Notes under the pieces: generated by a model | Database searches by the model: none | Seen by the model: the letters and a program-made list of their open reading frames with translations, nothing else | Told to the model about the DNA's origin: nothing | Origin: Candidatus Latescibacterota bacterium | GTDB taxonomy: Bacteria > Latescibacterota > UBA2968 > UBA8231 | Direction of reading: 5' to 3' | Assembly: GCA_965221775.1 (NCBI GenBank) | Contig: CBDCSU010000006.1 | Span: forward strand, 1,056,001-1,120,000 | DNA: 64,000 nt | Shown: positions 18,992-29,084 of the stretch, piece by piece | Position numbering within the stretch: the first letter of the stretch is position 1 | How the letters are laid out: the number at the start of each line of letters is the position of its first letter | Translations under genes and position numbers: made by a program

Positions 18992-19034
18992 GCGGTTGAC
19001 AACTCTACCGAGAAACGTGAGTTGCGTCAACCGC
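18992..19034 (-). promoter_or_regulatory. Sigma70 promoter embedded in an inverted repeat (candidate autoregulatory operator)
   Basis: Minus strand TTGACG-N17-TAGAGT (19030-19025 and 19007-19002). Arms GCGGTTGAC-AACTC (18992-19005) and GAGTT-GC-GTCAACCGC (19019-19034). Confidence 0.7.
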
Positions 19035-19063
19035 ACTGTGGGGGTCCGACGAGGATCTGTGCC

Positions 19064-20767
19064 TCAGAAGGGCAGCACCGGCAGCACCAACCGCGACGGC
19101 CGCCGGGCCGAGTGGTGCACGGCGTTGGCCGCCACCGCCAGTTCCGTGTCGGCCAGGTCGTTCTTCCCGGTGTTGTGGTTGCGGTCGTGGTTGGGGAAGT
19201 CGCTCGAGGTGATCTCGAGGCGGATGCGGTGGCCGGGGTCGAAGCGGCAGGCCGTCGGCCCGAGCTGAGTCCGCACCTCCACCACCTCCCCCGGTGACAG
19301 CAGCTCCTCCACGTCGAGGGAGTTGCGGTGGCGGAGGCGCACCATGCCGTAGCAGACCTCCAGGGCCCGCCCGGGAGCGGGATGCTCGTCCACCAGGCGG
19401 GCGAAGAAGTCGGTGTCCGGGGCGGAGGAGCTGACGAAGAGCACGGCCTCCGGGTAGCCGGCGATCTCCACCGCCTCGGCCAGCGGCTCGGTGCGGTAGC
19501 AGAGGATGTCCTCGCGGTCCTCCAGCCGGCGGCGGTCCGACGGCCCCGTGAACCAGTCCTTCGTCCACAGGGTCGGCACGGGGTCGCGGGGGTCGTAGTC
19601 GAAGCGGTCCACCTCGGCGCCCCCGGCGCCGCCATCCTCGGACAGCCGCCCGGTGCCGCCGAAGCCGGCGTCACCGCTACTGCCGAGGCGGTACTCCCGA
19701 GGCGTGGTCCCGGCTGGCGGCCAGGTGTCCGCCGAGCGCCAGCGGCCCCGCTTCCCGGCCATGACGAAGTAGCGCACCGCCGGCTCGCGGTCGACGCCGT
19801 TGTCGATGCCCTTCAGCCAGCGGTCGAACCAGCGGATGATCAGGTCGGGCAGGTTGAGCCCGGCCTGGGGGCCGAAGTCGACGCCGGCCACGGCGCGGCT
19901 GCCGAGGCCCGGGTGGTTCCAGGGGCCGGCGATCAGCCGGGTCTGGGACCGCGCCTTCTCGCTGCGGCCGTTGCGCTGCATGAGCTGCAGGTGCCGCATG
20001 GAGCCGTTGCAGTGGTCGTACCAGCCGCTGAAGTCGAGGTTCGGCACCTCCACCTCGCCGTGGACTTCGCCGAGCCGCCAGGGCCGCCGGTTCGGGTGCT
20101 CGAGCCAGTCCCGGGCATACTCCGCCAGACCCGGCGGCAGGTGCCGCGGGAAGTCGAGCCAGGGCAGGTACTCGACCCAGGGGGACTCGCCGTCGGCCTC
20201 GTCCCAGTCCCGCCGGGCCTCGGCCGGCGTGTGGGGCGGCGGCAGTCCCTGCCGGCGGCGCAGGTCCGGCGCCATGGAGGTGAGCCACCACTTGATCCGC
20301 CGCCCCGGCCGGAACCCGCCCGGCCAGTCGACCTCGGTCAGCTCCAGGGGGATGGTGTAGGCGCACATCGCCGCCAGGTGCGGCGGCCGCAGGCGCGCCA
20401 GCTGCCACTGCATCCAGGCGTCGTACGAGGCTCCGAGGGTGCCCACGCGGCCGTCGCACCAAGGCTGCGCCGCCAGCCACTCCACCGAGTCGTAGCCGTC
20501 CTCGGCGTCGCCCGTGCGCTCCACGGTGAAGGGCACCCAGTCGCCCTCGGAGCCGTAGCGGCCGCGCGAGTCCATGGAGACCACGGCATACCCGGCGCGC
20601 ACGTAGCGCTCGTAGCCGCCCTTCGAGCGGCCGTACGGCGTGCGGTGCAGGATCGCCGGGAAGGGCCCCCCGGCGTCGGGGCGGAAGAGGTGGGCCTCCA
20701 GGCGGACCCCGTCGCGCATGGGGACGCGCACGTCGGCCTCGGTGTGGATCCCGAGGGCACCGCTCAT
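19064..20767 (-). CDS. CocE/NonD family hydrolase
   Basis: VPMRDGVRL, RTPY, DSRGRYGSEG, GASYD nucleophile, GPWNH, SSDFPNHDRN. Confidence 0.9.
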   Translation of the reverse strand: MSGALGIHTEADVRVPMRDGVRLEAHLFRPDAGGPFPAILHRTPYGRSKGGYERYVRAGYAVVSMDSRGRYGSEGDWVPFTVERTGDAEDGYDSVEWLAAQPWCDGRVGTLGASYDAWMQWQLARLRPPHLAAMCAYTIPLELTEVDWPGGFRPGRRIKWWLTSMAPDLRRRQGLPPPHTPAEARRDWDEADGESPWVEYLPWLDFPRHLPPGLAEYARDWLEHPNRRPWRLGEVHGEVEVPNLDFSGWYDHCNGSMRHLQLMQRNGRSEKARSQTRLIAGPWNHPGLGSRAVAGVDFGPQAGLNLPDLIIRWFDRWLKGIDNGVDREPAVRYFVMAGKRGRWRSADTWPPAGTTPREYRLGSSGDAGFGGTGRLSEDGGAGGAEVDRFDYDPRDPVPTLWTKDWFTGPSDRRRLEDREDILCYRTEPLAEAVEIAGYPEAVLFVSSSAPDTDFFARLVDEHPAPGRALEVCYGMVRLRHRNSLDVEELLSPGEVVEVRTQLGPTACRFDPGHRIRLEITSSDFPNHDRNHNTGKNDLADTELAVAANAVHHSARRPSRLVLPVLPF

Positions 20768-21074
20768 CGCATCGGCTCCGTGCTCGGATGGCTGGTCAAC
20801 CGCGGTGAATGGCGCGGCTTCCGCTCGTTCGCCCGGGCTGCAGCCGAGGCCCGCACGCCAAGGCGTTGCCGCGCAGCCGGTCGAATCACCTCTCAGGCCG
20901 GCCGCTGCCCGCACGCTAGGGCGGTTCCTCGCGCCCGGTCAAATCCCATGCGATCACCTTCGCGGGCGCCTCGGTGCTCGCGCGGCAACCCTTCCGCCCC
21001 TGGCAGATGACGAAAGGCCTGAGTTAGTTCTTGGTGTCCGCGCCCTGGCACTCCCTCCTCCGAAGAGACCCGCT

Positions 21075-23825
21075 ATGCGCCCCTTCCCGACCTCCCGGAT
21101 CTCCACCCTCCTGAGCCTGCTCGCCGCCGGCGCCGTCTCCGCCCAGGACTACGACGCCGACTATCCGCCCGGCACCCTGACCCCCACCATCGACCTGGGT
21201 CTGCAGAAGGTCGAGATCGAGGTGCCGGAGAAGTACCGCGACCGAGTCCCCGAGGGCCTGAGTGTCAACCTGCCGCCGGGCTTCCGTGCCCGGCTCTTCG
21301 CCGTGGTTCCGGGAGGTCCGCGGGACCTGCAGTTCAGCCCCGAAGGCGTGCTCCACGCCGTCACGCGGCGGGGCCAGGTCATGGCCCTGCCCGACCGCGA
21401 CGGCGACGGCGTCGCCGACGAGGAGACCGTCGTCCTCGGCGGACTGCGGACCTGCGACGCTCTGGCGTTCTACAAGGGGGAGATGTACGTCGGCGAGGAG
21501 CACCAGGTGATCCGGGCCATCGACGCCGACGGCGACGGCCTCTACGAGGAGACCGAGGTCCTCGTCGCCGACCTGCCCTACGAGGCCTGGCACGACACCA
21601 AGACGATCGTCTTCGACGAACAGAACGAGAAGCTCTACGTCAGCGTCGGCTCTCCCTGCGACCTGTGCCGCATGGAGCCCGGGCACCAGTTCGCCGGCGC
21701 CAGCACCACGGACGTGCTTCCCTACCGCCCCGAGCGCGGCACCGTCATGGAGTTCAACGCCGACGGCACGGGAGGACGCATCTTCGTCACCGGGGTGCGC
21801 AACGTCGTCGGCATGGACCTGCACCCGGTCACCAACGAGCTGTGGGGCACCAACAACGGCCACGACGAGGAGGGCCGCTCCCGCCCCCCGGAGTGGATCG
21901 ACGTGCTGCGCGACGGCGACTTCCAGGGCTACCCCTTCGTGCAGAGCCACCAGGTCTGGAACGACTTCACCATCTCCCGCTACCACCCGATGCTGCCGAT
22001 CACGCGCGAGGACACGCTGCTGGCGATGACCCAGAAGAAGCCGGCGGTCCTGGTGCCGGCGCACTGGGCGCCGATGCGCATCCACTTCTACACGGGCCAG
22101 CAGTTCCCCGCGAGGTACCGCAACGCCGCCTTCGTCGCCTTCCGCGCCGGCCGCGCCAAGCTCTCCTCCCACCCCGGGTACAAGGTGCAGGCCCTGTTCA
22201 GCGACCCCGACGGCTCCGAGGCCGTCATGGCCGACTTCGTCACCGGCTTCCAGACGGGAACCACCACCAGCAGCGTCTGGGGCTTCCCCCACGGCATCGC
22301 CAGCGACGCGGAGGGCAGCCTCTACGTCGGCAGCGACAACCGCACCACCGTGATCCTCAAGATCACCCACAGCCAGCTGCAGGGGGTCTGGGAGCACGAC
22401 CTGCCGGAGTCGGTCGGCCTCGCCGGGCGGGTGACGCTGCGCGGCACCGTGCGCCTCGAGCGCCTGGCGGAGGGCGGTGAGGAGCCGCGGGTGACCGCCG
22501 ACCTGAGCGCCCTCGGCGGTCCCGCCGAGGTGGAGCTGACGCCCCTGGGCGACGGGGAGTACGGCCTCGAGGTCGAGCTCGTCGCCGGCGAGGTCGGCCG
22601 CCGCGACATCGTCATCCGCGTCGAGCAGCGGGCCGGGGAGCGCACCGAGTCGCTGCGCTTCGCCAGCACCGTGTACGTCCTGCCCCCGATCTGGAGCCAC
22701 GACCTGCCCGCCGGCCTGACCCTCGGGGATCCCCTGGAGCTGCGGGCCACGGTGCGCATCGAGCCGCTGTCCGCCGACGGCGCGGACCCGCGGGTCACGG
22801 CGGACCTGTCGGCCATGGGCGGTCCTGCCGACGTGCCGTTGAGCCCGGCCGGCGGTGACGCGTACTCGCTGCGGGCCGTCGTCGACCTCGACGTGCCCCC
22901 CGGCACCTACCCGGTCCTCGTGCGCTTCGAGCAGGAGGTGGGGGGCGTCGTCTTCCGCCACGAGTTCCGCCACGACGTGGTGCTCTCGCCGCCCGACCTG
23001 CCGATCCTCGACGACGGCCTCGCCGGCGGCTGGCAGCTCCTCGGCGAGCAGGGCGCGCAGATCGTCGGTCCGACGGAGGCGGGACCCGTCTTCAACGGCC
23101 GCGAGTCGCTGGAGCTGCACCTGCAGCCCGAGAACTTCTGGACCCTCTGGCGGGCCACCGTGGTGCCGCCCTCCCCCGTGGACATCCAGGGCTTCGCCGG
23201 CCTGCGTCTCGTCCTCCACGCCGGCGCCGCCGCCATGCCCGGTCCCGCGGCCCTGTCGGTGGTCGTCGACGATCTCTCCGTCGACCTGCTGCGCCCGCCG
23301 TACGAGGTCGTCCCCGGAGACCCGGGGTGGCAGGTCGTGGAGATCGACTTCGACGCCTTCACCGTGGAGAACAGGTACGGCGGCCAGGACCGTATCGTCG
23401 AGGAGGTCGACGCGATCGTGCTTCGCGGCTCCATGGCCGGCACCCTCTACCTGGACGACGTGCGTCTCGTCACCCGCATCCCGGCGGCGCCCCCGGAGCC
23501 GCCGGAGGCGACCTCGGTGAGCGTGAGCCCCGACGACGGAGCGCCGCGGGCCTACTCGCTGGGTCCGAGCTACCCGAACCCCTTCAACGCCGGGACCGTG
23601 GTGCTCTTCGACCTGCCCGAGGCCGCCGAGGCCCGGCTGTCCGTGTACAACCTCGCCGGGCAGCGGGTCGTGGAGCTGGTCAGCGGCCGCCGCGAGGCCG
23701 GCACCCACCGCGTGAGCTGGGACGGGCGCGATGGGTCGGGAGGAGCGCTGGCTTCGGGGGTGTACCTGGTGCGCCTGACCGCCGGGAGCTGGATCGGCAC
23801 GGAGAAGCTGTTGCTGCTGCGCTGA
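21075..23825 (+). CDS. Secreted PQQ/sorbosone-dehydrogenase-family beta-propeller with two Ig-like repeats, a CBM-like domain and a FlgD-Ig/sorting tail
   Basis: Signal peptide; LYVSVGSPCD, GVRNVVG, NGHD; C-terminal YPNPFN...VYNLAGQ...WDGRD...SGVY. Confidence 0.8.
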   Translation: MRPFPTSRISTLLSLLAAGAVSAQDYDADYPPGTLTPTIDLGLQKVEIEVPEKYRDRVPEGLSVNLPPGFRARLFAVVPGGPRDLQFSPEGVLHAVTRRGQVMALPDRDGDGVADEETVVLGGLRTCDALAFYKGEMYVGEEHQVIRAIDADGDGLYEETEVLVADLPYEAWHDTKTIVFDEQNEKLYVSVGSPCDLCRMEPGHQFAGASTTDVLPYRPERGTVMEFNADGTGGRIFVTGVRNVVGMDLHPVTNELWGTNNGHDEEGRSRPPEWIDVLRDGDFQGYPFVQSHQVWNDFTISRYHPMLPITREDTLLAMTQKKPAVLVPAHWAPMRIHFYTGQQFPARYRNAAFVAFRAGRAKLSSHPGYKVQALFSDPDGSEAVMADFVTGFQTGTTTSSVWGFPHGIASDAEGSLYVGSDNRTTVILKITHSQLQGVWEHDLPESVGLAGRVTLRGTVRLERLAEGGEEPRVTADLSALGGPAEVELTPLGDGEYGLEVELVAGEVGRRDIVIRVEQRAGERTESLRFASTVYVLPPIWSHDLPAGLTLGDPLELRATVRIEPLSADGADPRVTADLSAMGGPADVPLSPAGGDAYSLRAVVDLDVPPGTYPVLVRFEQEVGGVVFRHEFRHDVVLSPPDLPILDDGLAGGWQLLGEQGAQIVGPTEAGPVFNGRESLELHLQPENFWTLWRATVVPPSPVDIQGFAGLRLVLHAGAAAMPGPAALSVVVDDLSVDLLRPPYEVVPGDPGWQVVEIDFDAFTVENRYGGQDRIVEEVDAIVLRGSMAGTLYLDDVRLVTRIPAAPPEPPEATSVSVSPDDGAPRAYSLGPSYPNPFNAGTVVLFDLPEAAEARLSVYNLAGQRVVELVSGRREAGTHRVSWDGRDGSGGALASGVYLVRLTAGSWIGTEKLLLLR
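22389..22990 (+). repeat. Internal duplication of a ~101-aa domain
   Basis: WEHDLP...PRVTADLSALGGPAEV at 22389 and WSHDLP...PRVTADLSAMGGPADV at 22692 (303-bp period). Confidence 0.85.
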
Positions 23826-23826
23826 C

Positions 23827-23846
23827 GCCTCGCCCTGCGGTGAGGC
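23827..23846. terminator. Short hairpin between convergent genes
   Basis: GCCTCGCC-CTGC-GGTGAGGC; no U-tract. Confidence 0.3.
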
Positions 23847-23861
23847 CCCCGTCGGCGGGCC

Positions 23862-26843
23862 TCAGTGGTCGGCGAAGGCGTCGAGGTAGAACAGCAGCAC
23901 CGGCGCCGCCCAGTACGCGTACATCACGTGCGCCAGGCCGGCCCGGGCCGCCTCCTCGTAGCCGCCGCGCGCCGCCTCCAGGAAACGCGCCTCGCCGGTC
24001 AGGTCGTAGGCGTACGCGAACCCCTGGCAGACCTGGTGGACGTACTCGGGCGCCCAGTTTTTCTGCAGCGGGTTCCCCGAGTAGTGGGTGACGCCGGGCT
24101 TGCCGCGGTCCCCCTCGCCCTCCGGCAGCAGCCGCAGGCCCTGCGGACCGCGCTCCCAGTAGCAGGGCAGCGACTGGGGACCGCCGGTGTTCTCGGCGAG
24201 AACCGCGGAGGCCAGGGCCACGATCGCCGCCGCCGCACGGCGGTCGCCGGTGGCCGCCCAGTAGGGCATCATGCCCTCCGTCAGGTGGGTGACCATGCCG
24301 CCGCCGTTGGCCATGTACTCGAAGCTCATGAAGGGCTCCACGTAGGCGCCCCGCCGCGGGCCGAAGCTGAGGGCGTCCTCGAAGAGCCGCCGCGCCGCCT
24401 CCAGCAGCCGCTCGTCGCGGGTCTCCTCCCAGACCGCCATCAGCGCCGCCAGGGGGAAGGCCTGGGCCCGCGCCGAACGGCCGCCGATGCCGCTGGCGCT
24501 GCGCGCCACGTAGTCGCCGATGGCCAGGGCCGTCTCCAGGGCGTCGAGGTCCCCCGTCAGGTGGTAGAGACGCAGGTAGGCCTTCGGCGACAGCCCCTTG
24601 TAGTCGACGACGGGCGTCAGGTTGTGATGCCGGCTGGAGCCGAAGGCGCGCACGGCCCCCGTGGAGCGGCGGCGGGGCGGACCGGACGGCAGCTGCGGTC
24701 TGGCCGCCCACATGGCCGGCGCCGCCGGGCCGGCGAGGGGCTCGTCGGCGGCGTGGTCATGGACCGCGTCCACGTCCATCAGGTGCAGGACCATCGCCTC
24801 GCCCAGCCGGTAGAAGGCGGCGGAGCCGCCGAGGAGGTACTCGGCGAGCAGGGTGTGAGCCATGTCGTAGTAGTTGTTGTACCAGCCGTCGCCGTAGCGG
24901 CTGTCGCCGAAGTTGCGGATCCCGTACTCCTCCCCCCAGGACGAGCGGCCCTCGAGGGTGGCGCCGTACTTCTCCATCGCCTCGTGCAGCCGCGGGAAGG
25001 CCGTTGGACCGTGTCCCCCCGCCGGTCCCCAGCCGCCGCTGCGGCGGTGCCACGGGGCGTCGAAGAGCCGCGGCGGGTGCTGGAAGGCCTGCAGGGCGCG
25101 CCGGTTCTCCTCGGCGTCGGCGGCGAAGGTCAGCAGGACCTCGTGGCGCTTGGCCTCGCCGGCGGCGAACCAGTTGTGGACGCTGGCGGGATCGGCCGGG
25201 TGGTAGAGGTCGATGTCGAGGCGCTCCGTCCCCGGGAGGATCGCCTTCGGGAACTGCTGCCAGAACCAGCGCACACCGACGCCGAAGCCGCCCCGGCTCA
25301 GCAGGCCGTCGGGGCCCGGGTTCGCGCCGTCCGCCTCCAGGCAGCGCACCTCCGGCAGTCCCCCCCACGGCGGCGACCCCCCGGGAGCCCGCAGCGACAG
25401 CCGCGACAGGTCGAGCCGCCGGTGGCGGTCGGAGCCGTTGAAGACGCGGTAGCTCAGATGCAGGTACGGCAGCCCCGCCCACAGGGTGGCCCGGGTGATC
25501 ACGGCGCCGAGGGTATCGCCGGCGGCGGAGACGAGGTGCCCGTGGAGGCGCACGGTGGTGCGCACCGGCCCTGCCGCCTCCACCACGTAGCGGCCGCCCC
25601 CGGCGACATAGCGCCGGCTCGGGCCGGGGGGCTCGGCCTCTTCGGCGTCCTGGGCCCGCGCCTCCAGCGCGCCGCCGAGGCTGGAGATCACCACGCCGCC
25701 GTCGAGGGCCACGTCCGCCAGCAGGACCGGCCCGGGCGTCGCCGGCACCGTGAACCGCAGTATCCCGCCGTCGACGACGAGGCCCTCCGCCGTCCGCCGG
25801 TGCATCGGCGGCGGAGGCGGCGGCCCCGCCTCGGCGTCCTGCCAGTGGAGGGTGTAGCGGCCGTCGTCGCTCTCCGGAAGGGCCACGAAATCGAGGAGGA
25901 GCCATCTCGTGGAGCCGTCGGGCCAGCGGCTCAGCACCGTCGTCTGCAGGGGCACCACGGCGCCGGCGGGGTCGCGCAGGGCCACCGGCCGCCCCGCCGG
26001 CAGCATGCCCTGGGCGAAGGGGACGCCCGAGCGCACCGGGTAGCCCGTCTCCGGCAGCGGCGTTCCCGCGTCCGTCTCCAGGGTCAGCCCGATGGGGCCC
26101 TCCGCCGGGATCCCGCGCCGGCCCCGCTCCCACGCCCCCTGGGGGCGGGCGCCTTCCAGCCAGTCGTACGCCGTGGCCGCGGCCGCCGCCGAGTCCGTCA
26201 CCGTCGCGTCGTGGAGCACCACGTCGCCCCAGTAGGTGCGGGTTTCGAAGCGCTTGTAGGTCGACGGCTCGTACCACGCCGGGTGGTCCTGGGGCCGGAA
26301 GGCCTCGGAGCGGATGCGGAAGTAGTCGCCCTCCAGCTCCACGTCGCTGGCCACCCGGTCCACGACGCGGAAGGTGAGCTCGAAGCTCTGGCCGGGGCGC
26401 ACGACCCAGCTCAGGTCGACCTCCTCGTACTGGCCGGTGCCGGTGTCGGCCACATCCTTCTCCCACACGATCCGCCCGTCGACGAGGACCTGCTTGAAGC
26501 GGTGGCCCACGAAGCCGGTCTCGGCGTACCAGTCCGCCGCCTGCGAGCGGTCGATCCCCCCGGCCTGGTAGTCGTCGGCCTGGAAGAACCGCAGCCGCCA
26601 GGGCCGCACCCAGTCGGCGGGCAGGGTCACCGTGGTCGACAGGGCGCCGCGGTTGCCGCGGCGGCTGATCTCCCAGTGGGCGTTGATCTGGTAGAGGTCG
26701 CGGATGTCGAGAGCGACGTCGTAGGGTCCCGCGGTGGCGGTCCGCCAGCGGTCCCCGCCCGGGGCGATCTGTAGCAGGCGGGGCTCGGCGCCGAGGGCCT
26801 CGACCAGCAGCAGGGCGAGGAGCGCCGCGGCGCGGCGGCTCAT
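23862..26843 (-). CDS. Large secreted protein resembling YetA/exo-rhamnogalacturonan lyase (PL26)-like proteins
   Basis: Signal peptide; PVRSGVPFAQG...WPDGSTRWLLLDF, GIRNFGD, NNYYD, HLMDVD. Confidence 0.6.
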   Translation of the reverse strand: MSRRAAALLALLLVEALGAEPRLLQIAPGGDRWRTATAGPYDVALDIRDLYQINAHWEISRRGNRGALSTTVTLPADWVRPWRLRFFQADDYQAGGIDRSQAADWYAETGFVGHRFKQVLVDGRIVWEKDVADTGTGQYEEVDLSWVVRPGQSFELTFRVVDRVASDVELEGDYFRIRSEAFRPQDHPAWYEPSTYKRFETRTYWGDVVLHDATVTDSAAAAATAYDWLEGARPQGAWERGRRGIPAEGPIGLTLETDAGTPLPETGYPVRSGVPFAQGMLPAGRPVALRDPAGAVVPLQTTVLSRWPDGSTRWLLLDFVALPESDDGRYTLHWQDAEAGPPPPPPMHRRTAEGLVVDGGILRFTVPATPGPVLLADVALDGGVVISSLGGALEARAQDAEEAEPPGPSRRYVAGGGRYVVEAAGPVRTTVRLHGHLVSAAGDTLGAVITRATLWAGLPYLHLSYRVFNGSDRHRRLDLSRLSLRAPGGSPPWGGLPEVRCLEADGANPGPDGLLSRGGFGVGVRWFWQQFPKAILPGTERLDIDLYHPADPASVHNWFAAGEAKRHEVLLTFAADAEENRRALQAFQHPPRLFDAPWHRRSGGWGPAGGHGPTAFPRLHEAMEKYGATLEGRSSWGEEYGIRNFGDSRYGDGWYNNYYDMAHTLLAEYLLGGSAAFYRLGEAMVLHLMDVDAVHDHAADEPLAGPAAPAMWAARPQLPSGPPRRRSTGAVRAFGSSRHHNLTPVVDYKGLSPKAYLRLYHLTGDLDALETALAIGDYVARSASGIGGRSARAQAFPLAALMAVWEETRDERLLEAARRLFEDALSFGPRRGAYVEPFMSFEYMANGGGMVTHLTEGMMPYWAATGDRRAAAAIVALASAVLAENTGGPQSLPCYWERGPQGLRLLPEGEGDRGKPGVTHYSGNPLQKNWAPEYVHQVCQGFAYAYDLTGEARFLEAARGGYEEAARAGLAHVMYAYWAAPVLLFYLDAFADH

Positions 26844-28063
26844 CCGATCCACGGTCCGTCCCGCCGCACGCGCTCCCAGGTGCGGCGGAACTCCTCGGAC
26901 CCGTCGTCGTGCCAGGTCTCGCTGCGCAGCCCCTGGATCGCGCCCTCCTCGCGCCCGGTGGCGGGGGCCACATCCGTCGGCGAGCGCCCGTACAGGGTGC
27001 GGCCGCCGGGCAGGTGCACGCGCTCCAGGTACCGCGGGACGGCGGCAGGCGGGTTGGCGGCCAGCCGCTCCAGGGCCTCCTCGTCGACGTCGAACCCGAG
27101 CCCCGGCCGCTCCGGCACCGGGGAGCACCCCGCCGCCACCTCGATGCGTCCGGTGGTGATGTCGTCCTCGTACTGGTCGTCGAGGTGGATCGAGTGGCCG
27201 GTGGCGGTGGGCAGCACGGCGGCCATGTGCAGGCCCAGGGCCTTGGTCAGGGTGCCGCCCGTCAGCTGGATCAGGCACTGGGTGTTGAGCCGGGCGCAGG
27301 CGGTGCCGTTGGCCAGGGTGTCGCCGATGCTGCTGCCGCCGCTGCCGATGAGGTAGGCGTCGGCGGCGCCGCGCCCCAGGGCCGGCAGGCGGGTCTCGCC
27401 GGGGGGCACGTGGAAGACCACGGGCAGGCCGGTCTGCTCGCGCAGCCGGCACCAGGAGTCCAGGTCGTCCTTGGCGCACGGGTCCTCGATGCAGCCGACC
27501 ACGGGACGGTCCTCGAGCCAGCGCACGATCGGCAGGAGGGTGGCCAGGGTGCGGGAGCCGTTCAGGTCGAGGTGCAGGCGGAACCCCTCCGGCGCCACCT
27601 CCTCGGCGGCGCTCACCTGCTCCCGCACGTCGTGGACCGGCGACGTGTGCATCTTGATCACCAGGTACCCCTGGCCCGCGGCGCGCTGCACCTCCGCGGC
27701 GAACTCGGCCGGCGACGCCTGCCGCGTCCAGGCCGCCACCGAGACCGCGTCCCTCACCTTCGGACCCATGAGCCGGTACGCGGGCACCCCCAGGTGCTTG
27801 CCCATCACGTCGTACAGGGCGCCGCCCACGGCCGGGTCGAAGTCGTTGCCGATGAACTCGAAGGGGCTGCGCCCGATGAGCGGCTCCACGCTCGCCGCCG
27901 AGGGCGCGCCGCCCCGGTGGTCACCGTAGCCGACGAGGCCGTCGTCGGTGCGCACCCGGCAGACGACGCGGTGGTCGATGCCGGCGAAGCGCACCGGATC
28001 CTGCCGGTTGCGCTCGGCCAGGCGGGGATGGATGGGAATGATGTCCACGTCCGTGATCTTCAT
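26840..28063 (-). CDS. Mandelate racemase/muconate lactonizing (enolase superfamily) enzyme
   Basis: MKITDV, TDDGLVGYG, ALYDVMGK, DLNG, IEDP, PERPGLG. Confidence 0.85.
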   Translation of the reverse strand: MKITDVDIIPIHPRLAERNRQDPVRFAGIDHRVVCRVRTDDGLVGYGDHRGGAPSAASVEPLIGRSPFEFIGNDFDPAVGGALYDVMGKHLGVPAYRLMGPKVRDAVSVAAWTRQASPAEFAAEVQRAAGQGYLVIKMHTSPVHDVREQVSAAEEVAPEGFRLHLDLNGSRTLATLLPIVRWLEDRPVVGCIEDPCAKDDLDSWCRLREQTGLPVVFHVPPGETRLPALGRGAADAYLIGSGGSSIGDTLANGTACARLNTQCLIQLTGGTLTKALGLHMAAVLPTATGHSIHLDDQYEDDITTGRIEVAAGCSPVPERPGLGFDVDEEALERLAANPPAAVPRYLERVHLPGGRTLYGRSPTDVAPATGREEGAIQGLRSETWHDDGSEEFRRTWERVRRDGPWIG

Positions 28064-28076
28064 GGTCGACTCCTGG

Positions 28077-29084
28077 TCAGAACCGGGTGCTCTCGAAGCG
28101 GGCGAAGGGCGTCTCCACCCCGACCTCGGCGGCGATCCGCTCCAGCTCCTCCTGGTGCTCGCGGCCGACGGGGATGCCGTCGCGGGCGTGGTCCTGCTCC
28201 CAGCGGTGTTCCAGGCCGCCGGGCAGCTCGGCCTGGTCCACGCCCGGGTAGGGCCGCATGCGGCGCGCCCGCGCCACGTAGGCGTCCATGTCGGCCTTGA
28301 ACTCCTCCAGGGGCATGAACCGGTCGACGGCGATGGCGGCGACGAAGCCGCCCTGGTCCGACACCCAGGGCGACCGCAGGGCCTGCCGCTCCGGCCGGTG
28401 GATGCCGGCCAGCACCCCGCCGAGGACCTGCAGCACCGCTCCCAGGCCGAGGCTCTTGAAGAACACCCGCGGGAAGCGCTCGAGCAGCTCCGGCTCGTGG
28501 GGCAGCATGTGCGCCCCCATGTCGAGGACCAGGGGCGGCTGCGCCCCCGCGGGGACGGCCACGCTCAGCGGCGAGGCCCCGGCGGCGCGCAGCACGAGGT
28601 CATCGGGGTCCATGGGGTAGCGCACCGACGACGCCGCCAGGCCGATGCAGCCCGCCTCCAGAGCCATGCGCGAGTAGAGGCCGGCCGAGCCGATGTGGTG
28701 ATGGTTGCCGGTCGACACCGCTCCGAGTCCGTGGGCGCGGGCCCTGGCCACCGCCATCTCCATCCCCCGGCGGCAGGGGAAGTAGCCGAGGCCACCGTCG
28801 CCGTCGAGAACGGCCGTGGTCGGGGACTCGTCCACGACCCGGACCTCGGGCGCGGGGTTGACGCGGCCGGCGCGCATGAGCCGCACGTAGTGGGCCGCGT
28901 GCTTCGTGCCGTGGCTGAAGACGCAGCGCAGGTCGCACTCGACGAGGAGTCCGGCCAGCTGTCCGGCCAGCCCCCCGGGCATGCCGGCCCGGCCGAGGAG
29001 GGCCGCCGTGAACTGCCGCATGTCGGCCGCCGGCACCCGGATGCCGTGGGCCGGCGGGTAGTTGGGCAGCTGCAGGGTGCTCAC
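28077..29084 (-). CDS. Ldh_2 family (malate/L-lactate/ureidoglycolate) oxidoreductase
   Basis: DLRCVFSHG, LDGDGGLG, NHHHIG, PLVLDMG; GTGA overlap with the upstream gene. Confidence 0.82.
   Translation of the reverse strand: MSTLQLPNYPPAHGIRVPAADMRQFTAALLGRAGMPGGLAGQLAGLLVECDLRCVFSHGTKHAAHYVRLMRAGRVNPAPEVRVVDESPTTAVLDGDGGLGYFPCRRGMEMAVARARAHGLGAVSTGNHHHIGSAGLYSRMALEAGCIGLAASSVRYPMDPDDLVLRAAGASPLSVAVPAGAQPPLVLDMGAHMLPHEPELLERFPRVFFKSLGLGAVLQVLGGVLAGIHRPERQALRSPWVSDQGGFVAAIAVDRFMPLEEFKADMDAYVARARRMRPYPGVDQAELPGGLEHRWEQDHARDGIPVGREHQEELERIAAEVGVETPFARFESTRF

Noticed and set aside
20770-21074. Riboswitch/ribozyme-like words (CTCTCAGG, GGCAACCC...GACGAAAGGCC, GATGACGAAA) in a 300-bp divergent intergenic region
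   Set aside because: Required partner motifs and stems for glycine, c-di-GMP-I or hammerhead RNAs are not present by eye; an Infernal/Rfam scan would settle it.
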